NCBI GenBank assembly: GCA_903920005.1
Contig: CAIXKI010000158.1
Span: forward strand, 6,134 to 70,133
Length of the DNA: 64,000 nucleotides
Direction: 5' to 3'
From: an uncultured delta proteobacterium
Lineage (GTDB): Bacteria > Bdellovibrionota_C > UBA2361 > OMII01
Below, one piece after another: positions 58,554 to 64,000 of this stretch (its first letter is position 1; every line of letters starts with the position of its first letter). The position numbers were made by a program, and so were the translations under genes. The notes beneath the pieces were generated by a model. That model saw nothing but the letters and a program-made list of their open reading frames with translations, was not told the origin of the DNA and ran no database searches.

Positions 58554-60335
58554 CTACTTTTTCAACAGGTTATCCACAGCCTGTTTCATAAGCGATAATG
58601 CCTCAAGAATTCGCGACCGCGGTGCTCCAAGGTTCAGTCGAACAAACCCCTTTCCCGCTTCTCCGAATAGCGCCCCATCGTTCAGGGCAACCCTCGCCTC
58701 TTTCAAGAAAAAACTCGAGGGCGAACCATCGATACCGGTGAGAGCTCGACAGTCTATCCACAGCAGGTAGGTTCGCTCGGGAGAGGAAACTTTAAAATAT
58801 GGGAAGTTTTCCCTGATGAAGCTAACTGCCACATCTCTGTTTGTCTCGATATACTGACGGACCGCTCGCAACCACCCCTCACTCTCACTGAAGGCTGCTT
58901 CGCACGCCGCTAGGCCCATCGCATTGGGATGGGGCACTGGACCATCTACGACGCGCTTTAATTTTTTGCGGAGTTCGTCGTCCTGGACGATCGCGAAGCT
59001 GTATCCGAGACCGGGAAGGTTAAACGTCTTGCTTGGTGCCATGAGAGTGATGAGATTGTTCTTAAACTCAGGAGCCGCCTTCGCTGCTGGCGTGTGTCTC
59101 GATCCATCTAGAATAAGGTCACAGTGAATCTCATCGCTGCACAAGATTATGTCGTGAACGGTGCAAATCTCGGCGACTTTTCGAATGTCTTCGACGGACC
59201 ACGACTCTCCGGACGGATTGTGTGGATGACAAAAGATACAGAGCTTCGTGCGTGATGTAATCGCTCTCTCAAAAGCGTCAAAGTCTATTTTGTACCGGAA
59301 TGTGGAATCTTTGTTGATAACTTGGGTAAGTGGTACTTGAATGGTTTCCATGCCGTTATTGGTCGGGCTTGAGAGAAACGGCGGATACACCGGAGTAAAG
59401 ATAGCGGCCGCGTCGCCCGGTGCGCCCACTGCTCGACACACCGCATTCAGTCCGCACACAAGTCCCGGTAGCGGAACTATCTCCCCTTCTGAGATCCCCC
59501 ACTCGTAGTGCTCTTCACACCACTTTACGATCGTGGAGAGAAGTTGCTTGGAAGAATCTTCGTATCCAAACTCACCGTGCTCAGCTCGTTTAAGAAGCGC
59601 GTCGATAACAGCAGGCGGACTCTTGAAGTCCATGTCAGCTACCCACAGGGGTAGAACATCCTGTGGATAACTATTCCATTTGATGCTTTTGTAGATTCTT
59701 CGATCGACTGGGATCTCAAAATAGCTCTTATCGATAGACTGCGAAGTCAGCGAGCTCCAGAATATTTCAGCGCGCGATCCATCCTCGCGAATCGAACTTA
59801 ACGCATCTGCTTCGTGAAGGAGCGCAAGACTTGTAGCGAAAGGAGAGCGAACGAGGTCGGCCCTCGTCTCGGCATCCAGCTTTAAAAATCTGTTCGCCTC
59901 TCCGTGGTGCGCGACGATGAAGGTAAGTCGCGCGGTGTGTTCCTCTGAGAGTCCAAAGGTTGCGGCGATAGAGGAGCAGACTTTTGAAGCAAGCGCTTCA
60001 TGGCCAGGAAAAGAAACATCCCCGGGAGAATTCTCCACGCGAGTTTCAGGTTTCTTTAGGTCGTGTATGAGGGCGCCGAGTAGCTCAACGAAATCGGCGT
60101 CGCGGTGTAACCGTCTTTTCGCGACGGACCGAAGGTTCGCGACTACGAGACCGGTGTGAGTCGCGACGTCTCCCTCAAGGTGTCTGCTGCCTTGTTGGCA
60201 TCCACTGAGTGCACTGAGCCCAGGTATCGGGTCGTTGAGCCACGCTGCGGAGCAAAGCGATGCGACCTCTTGAGCCGATGCTGTTGAGAGGAGTTCGAGA
60301 ACTCTTGTTTTGAGTGTGTCGGTATGGTGGGGCAT
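58554..60335 (-). CDS. Fusion of an N-terminal HD domain and a PatB/MalY family PLP-dependent C-S lyase
   Basis: Residues ~1-195: HLEGDV..HT, LIHDLKKP, FPGHE, VAHH, EAD. Residues ~200-593: SIKW, LPLWVADMDF, HPHNP.G, SDEIHCD, APSKTFN (PLP Lys), YLLWID and GFVRLN. Confidence 0.85.
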   Translation of the reverse strand: MPHHTDTLKTRVLELLSTASAQEVASLCSAAWLNDPIPGLSALSGCQQGSRHLEGDVATHTGLVVANLRSVAKRRLHRDADFVELLGALIHDLKKPETRVENSPGDVSFPGHEALASKVCSSIAATFGLSEEHTARLTFIVAHHGEANRFLKLDAETRADLVRSPFATSLALLHEADALSSIREDGSRAEIFWSSLTSQSIDKSYFEIPVDRRIYKSIKWNSYPQDVLPLWVADMDFKSPPAVIDALLKRAEHGEFGYEDSSKQLLSTIVKWCEEHYEWGISEGEIVPLPGLVCGLNAVCRAVGAPGDAAAIFTPVYPPFLSSPTNNGMETIQVPLTQVINKDSTFRYKIDFDAFERAITSRTKLCIFCHPHNPSGESWSVEDIRKVAEICTVHDIILCSDEIHCDLILDGSRHTPAAKAAPEFKNNLITLMAPSKTFNLPGLGYSFAIVQDDELRKKLKRVVDGPVPHPNAMGLAACEAAFSESEGWLRAVRQYIETNRDVAVSFIRENFPYFKVSSPERTYLLWIDCRALTGIDGSPSSFFLKEARVALNDGALFGEAGKGFVRLNLGAPRSRILEALSLMKQAVDNLLKK

Positions 60336-60589
60336 GGTGAAGAATTTTGCTTTTCTATTCTAGTTATCGGTGCTCGCTTGAACGAAGGCAATCGTTCAAA
60401 TGAGAGGCATTTGACCAATATCCCTGTGCGATAAGCGGATAGAGGATCCCCGTAAACGGTGGAGGTAATGGGTCATAGGTATCTGATATTCCTAGTAAAT
60501 GCGACGGGATAGTGAAACGCATGAAATGCGATTCGGTATAATCATCGTATTTTATTAAGTTTTTTAGCTGTCGTCCCGATTCTCGAGGT

Positions 60590-63500
60590 GTGAGCCTACG
60601 TAAGCCACAACCATCAAAGACCAACCCCTGCTCAAAAAAACGGGCGGGTCGCTTGGGGCTACTCTTGAGTGTTGTCTTTGTGCTGTTCATAGGTGGCGTG
60701 GGTGTTAGTCGGTTTGTTCGCGTTCCAGATTCTACTCCTCATTTGAAACCACCCCAGCTCGTAAGCCAACCACCAGCAAGTACTGGGCAAAGTTCTTCGC
60801 GAATACTCCAGGAGCCAAGTGCTCAAGACTCTCGGGACGGGGTGCCGTTGAATGTAGGCACAACGTTTGGCCCCTCTCCCGTTGAGAAATCAGTCCAAAC
60901 ACTTATGAACCATACGCACAACTTACGCGCGCACGTCAGCGAGCGCGGGTGGGAGATTGAGCCCCTTGAAAATCGGAAAGGGGCGAGACCGTGGCGGTGG
61001 CGCTATTCGTTAAAGGCCGTGAAGCGTGGAAAGCTCGCGTCTCGTGTCAGCGAGGCGAATCTCAGAGATATCACGCAGGAAGGAGACCAGATCAAAATTC
61101 ACCGACGTGATATGCGGATGGATGAGTGGTACCGCACTACTGATCTTGGAATTGAGCAAGGGTTTACTATTTCGGAGCCGATCTTTCGGAAAGATTCCCC
61201 AGCTGTGCTTGTGTTGAGTGCTCATGTTGAGTCAGATCTGATTGCGACCAGGATACAGCAAGACTCCATCACGTTCTCGCAAGGGAAGGACAGGACGGTA
61301 CGCTACGACGGGCTCAAAGTAGTTGATGCCAAAGGGACGGTGTTGCCTAGTTGGTTTTCCTTCTCGAAACATTCTCGCACCGAAGGAACTCTCGACATCA
61401 ATGTAGATGACGCTCATGCCGTCTATCCGATAGTGGTTGACCCCCTGGCATCCTCTCCTGGCTGGACTAAGTCAGGAACGGTTGCGGCATCGGCCGGGGA
61501 TGTTAACGGAGACGGGTACGCCGACGTCATAGTTGGGAGTGGCGTTTATTACGGGACAGCCTCTGGTCCGCCGGCTACGGCAAATTGGACGTGCCCTGCC
61601 GCCTGCGCGTCTGTGCTCGCAAGCGCTGGTGATGTGAATGGAGATGGGTATGGCGACATCGTAGCGGGAGGCTCGGGGTGTGGTACTAGGGGCCAGGTGA
61701 TGGTGTACCTTGGGGGGGCAAGTGGAATTTCTAGCAGCGCCCAGCTGACGATTAACGGAGTCGCGGGTGGGGGGAGCGTTGGATATAGCTCTGCATTTGG
61801 TGGCGCGGTATCGACTGCCGGTGATACAAATAACGATGGCTACGATGATATCGTGATCGGCGATCCTTACTGGTACCCGACATCCTCGGCAGCCAATCCG
61901 AGGGGGAAGGTTTTTTTGTATCGCGGAAGTAACGCAGGGGTCACGTCAACCCTTGCCGCCTCTGCCAACGGCTCGCAGGATAATGCTGAGCTCGGAGCAA
62001 AAGTTTTCGCGGCTGGAGATGTGAATGGTGATGGCTCGGACGAATATGGGGCCACTCAGCCTCTTTTCACTAGTGGAGGGCTGACCAACAGGGGCCGGGT
62101 ATTTATCTATGGAACGTCCCCTACAACCATCACGGGAGCCCTTCATTATGGATGGTTGGACTTTCCAGCATCAGGAGATTTTAATGGTGATGCATATAGT
62201 GACCTCGTTGTAACGGAGGGTGGTTGGACTCAAATTAATCCGACCCTCGGCAATTCAACATCGTACGTAAAAGTGCGGTACGGCTCAAGCGCAGGGCTTG
62301 GTGCCGACGCCACATTTGTGACAACTGACCTAGTCGGGCAGGCATCCGTGGCGAGCATTGGAGACCTCAACAAGGATGGTTATGGTGACCTAGCCGTCGG
62401 CTCCTCGCTGTACTCAAATGGGCAAACAAAAGAGGGGCGGATCGAGACGTATCTTGGGAGTGCTTCTGGTCTAATAGCCTCCGTTGATCAGAGTATTGAG
62501 TCCGATATCGTACAAGGTCGTCTGGGAGATAACCTTGTAGGTGTTGGAGATGTTAACAAGGACACCTATCGCGATCTCTTATCTAGGGTATCCAGCAATA
62601 CGATGTGGATTCTATATGGGTCAGCCGCTGGCGGTGGTGCATCTACTCCTACCTCAACACCAACTAGCACCCCAACATCAACTCCTACCCACACGCCAAC
62701 AAACACTCCTACCAATACCCCGACGGCAACACCTTCAAGTACGCCGACTCACACTCCAACAGCAACTCCGTCCAGTACTCCTACGACTGGGCCTTCGTCT
62801 ACGCCTACAAATACGCCAACGGATACGCCGAGCGTCACCCCTTCTCAGACGCCCACCCAAACTCCAACACATACGCCCACCGCGACGCCGAGCGCTACCG
62901 CTACCGCCGCAAGCACGAGTATCGGCACTTCGACGCCTCAACCTCAACCCACATCTACAGAAACTCCTACGACAACACCGACGAACACTCCAACGCATAC
63001 GCCCACCGAGACACCTACGGTGACGCCGACAGATACGCCAACTACAACTCCTACAATTACGGGAACAGCCACGGTAACTCTAACCCCTACGATTACCCCG
63101 ACGGCTACTCAAACGAATTCGCCAACGGTGACTCCAACGATTACGAATACCCCCACTATCACGGACACCCCGACAATAACTCCGACAGCAACAATCACTG
63201 CCATTGACACGGAAACTCCAACGGTAACACCAACACCAATGCCGACGGCGATGGAGGGTGATGTTGACGGGGATCTTCAAGCTGATCTTGTTTTCTTGAG
63301 CGGGGATCGTAGAGCTGATGTCATATTGAACATCCCAAATGGCGCGATCTCGCTGCGAGCATCAAGTTCCCTTTTCGCGGTAGGGATAGGTAAAGCTCCA
63401 GGAGATCAGACCTCTTCAGTCATCACGGTTCGAAGAGAGTCCTCCTCTTATGTGTGGGGATCTCTAGATATTGTAAGAGGGAGTGAAAAAAACTTCGCGA

Positions 63501-64000
63501 CTATTCCGTTAAAGGGACGGCCTGTCTTGGGTTGCTACTTTCGTAATGAGCTTACGCCGAGCAGCCTTGTGCGCATGAAGAAAGCATCTGAATTTCAAGC
63601 CTTCCCGAGCTATTCCAACAAAACATCGATAAAAGTTCCCCGAACCGCGTCGAAGGCTATGTGTGGCCCAGCGCTATCCGGGGACAGCCCGATCATTTTT
63701 GCCGTGACCAGTAAAAATCGTAAGAGTGTCTCCGTGTCTGGAGTAACGCGATTGGGGCGTACGGTTTTAAAATCACCTCGGGCGCCTGTGCGGTTTAGGT
63801 TAAAAAAGGTGGCACTTGTCTCTCAAGGGTCGGAAGCCCTGCCTTCGGTGGTGATACTGGGACGGAGGGCGCGCACTCAAGAAGTGTACGTTCTTTCCTC
63901 CCGAAATCGATGGCGTAGGATTTTGGTGCCACTGGACAAGGAGACGAAAATCTTAAATGTAGGGGCGAGTCGATATGGGGGGGCTTCTTATATAGTCGCG
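60590..64000 (+). CDS. Large membrane-anchored FG-GAP (integrin-alpha-like) repeat protein with Thr/Pro stalk (3'-truncated; absent from the ORF track)
   Basis: The frame is open from 60542 to the window end with no stop, probable GTG start at 60590. It has an N-terminal TM helix ([18 protein letters not shown]), an EWY...GIEQGFTI...YPIVVDPL domain, seven GD(V/T/F/L)NxD repeats at ~61496-62580 and a T/P-rich tract at ~62640-63250. Confidence 0.85.
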   Translation, partial: MSLRKPQPSKTNPCSKKRAGRLGLLLSVVFVLFIGGVGVSRFVRVPDSTPHLKPPQLVSQPPASTGQSSSRILQEPSAQDSRDGVPLNVGTTFGPSPVEKSVQTLMNHTHNLRAHVSERGWEIEPLENRKGARPWRWRYSLKAVKRGKLASRVSEANLRDITQEGDQIKIHRRDMRMDEWYRTTDLGIEQGFTISEPIFRKDSPAVLVLSAHVESDLIATRIQQDSITFSQGKDRTVRYDGLKVVDAKGTVLPSWFSFSKHSRTEGTLDINVDDAHAVYPIVVDPLASSPGWTKSGTVAASAGDVNGDGYADVIVGSGVYYGTASGPPATANWTCPAACASVLASAGDVNGDGYGDIVAGGSGCGTRGQVMVYLGGASGISSSAQLTINGVAGGGSVGYSSAFGGAVSTAGDTNNDGYDDIVIGDPYWYPTSSAANPRGKVFLYRGSNAGVTSTLAASANGSQDNAELGAKVFAAGDVNGDGSDEYGATQPLFTSGGLTNRGRVFIYGTSPTTITGALHYGWLDFPASGDFNGDAYSDLVVTEGGWTQINPTLGNSTSYVKVRYGSSAGLGADATFVTTDLVGQASVASIGDLNKDGYGDLAVGSSLYSNGQTKEGRIETYLGSASGLIASVDQSIESDIVQGRLGDNLVGVGDVNKDTYRDLLSRVSSNTMWILYGSAAGGGASTPTSTPTSTPTSTPTHTPTNTPTNTPTATPSSTPTHTPTATPSSTPTTGPSSTPTNTPTDTPSVTPSQTPTQTPTHTPTATPSATATAASTSIGTSTPQPQPTSTETPTTTPTNTPTHTPTETPTVTPTDTPTTTPTITGTATVTLTPTITPTATQTNSPTVTPTITNTPTITDTPTITPTATITAIDTETPTVTPTPMPTAMEGDVDGDLQADLVFLSGDRRADVILNIPNGAISLRASSSLFAVGIGKAPGDQTSSVITVRRESSSYVWGSLDIVRGSEKNFATIPLKGRPVLGCYFRNELTPSSLVRMKKASEFQAFPSYSNKTSIKVPRTASKAMCGPALSGDSPIIFAVTSKNRKSVSVSGVTRLGRTVLKSPRAPVRFRLKKVALVSQGSEALPSVVILGRRARTQEVYVLSSRNRWRRILVPLDKETKILNVGASRYGGASYIVA
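62640..63250 (+). repeat. Low-complexity Thr/Pro (TPTxTPT) coding repeat
   Basis: Repeated ACx-CCx codons encoding [28 protein letters not shown]... Confidence 0.9.

Noticed and set aside
58342..58770. 142-aa ORF after gyrB
   Set aside because: It runs through a terminator and overlaps the HD-PatB gene. The RBS spacing fits the 37-aa ORF at 58347 in another frame.
62541..63280. Arg/Leu/Gln-rich ORFs in the ORF track
   Set aside because: They are alternative-frame or antisense readings of the Thr/Pro stalk of the FG-GAP gene.

Overview
This 64-kb bacterial chromosomal window spans the probable replication origin: dnaA, a DnaA-box-rich oriC, then dnaN-recF-gyrB. By eye, the + strand changes from C-rich to G-rich near 53 kb (not computed). 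A stand-alone atpB-atpE pair, an A2-type cytochrome c oxidase and FG-GAP surface proteins suggest a Bdellovibrionota/Myxococcota/'deltaproteobacteria'-like lineage (inference only). Most genes are housekeeping: imuB-dnaE2, mpl, fumarase, the cox operon, icd, glmU, mnmG, trxB and biotin carboxylase. I found no rRNA, tRNA, CRISPR array, transposase or integrase. The most notable observations are: (1) an unannotated 37-aa basic protein with its own promoter, RBS and terminator just after gyrB; (2) satellite DnaA-box clusters outside oriC, including a helically phased array at 49.6 kb; (3) an HD-domain/PatB C-S lyase fusion; (4) an asymmetric double-length UvrA; (5) a clusterless MutY variant; (6) a GT47 exostosin + FkbM + GT10 fucosyltransferase + methyltransferase glycan module; (7) an operon of two paralogous lipoproteins with a TlpA; (8) a ~40-bp dispersed GC-rich repeat; (9) a large integrin-like FG-GAP/mucin-stalk protein that the ORF track missed because it runs off the window. 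All family assignments come from motif recognition, not database searches.
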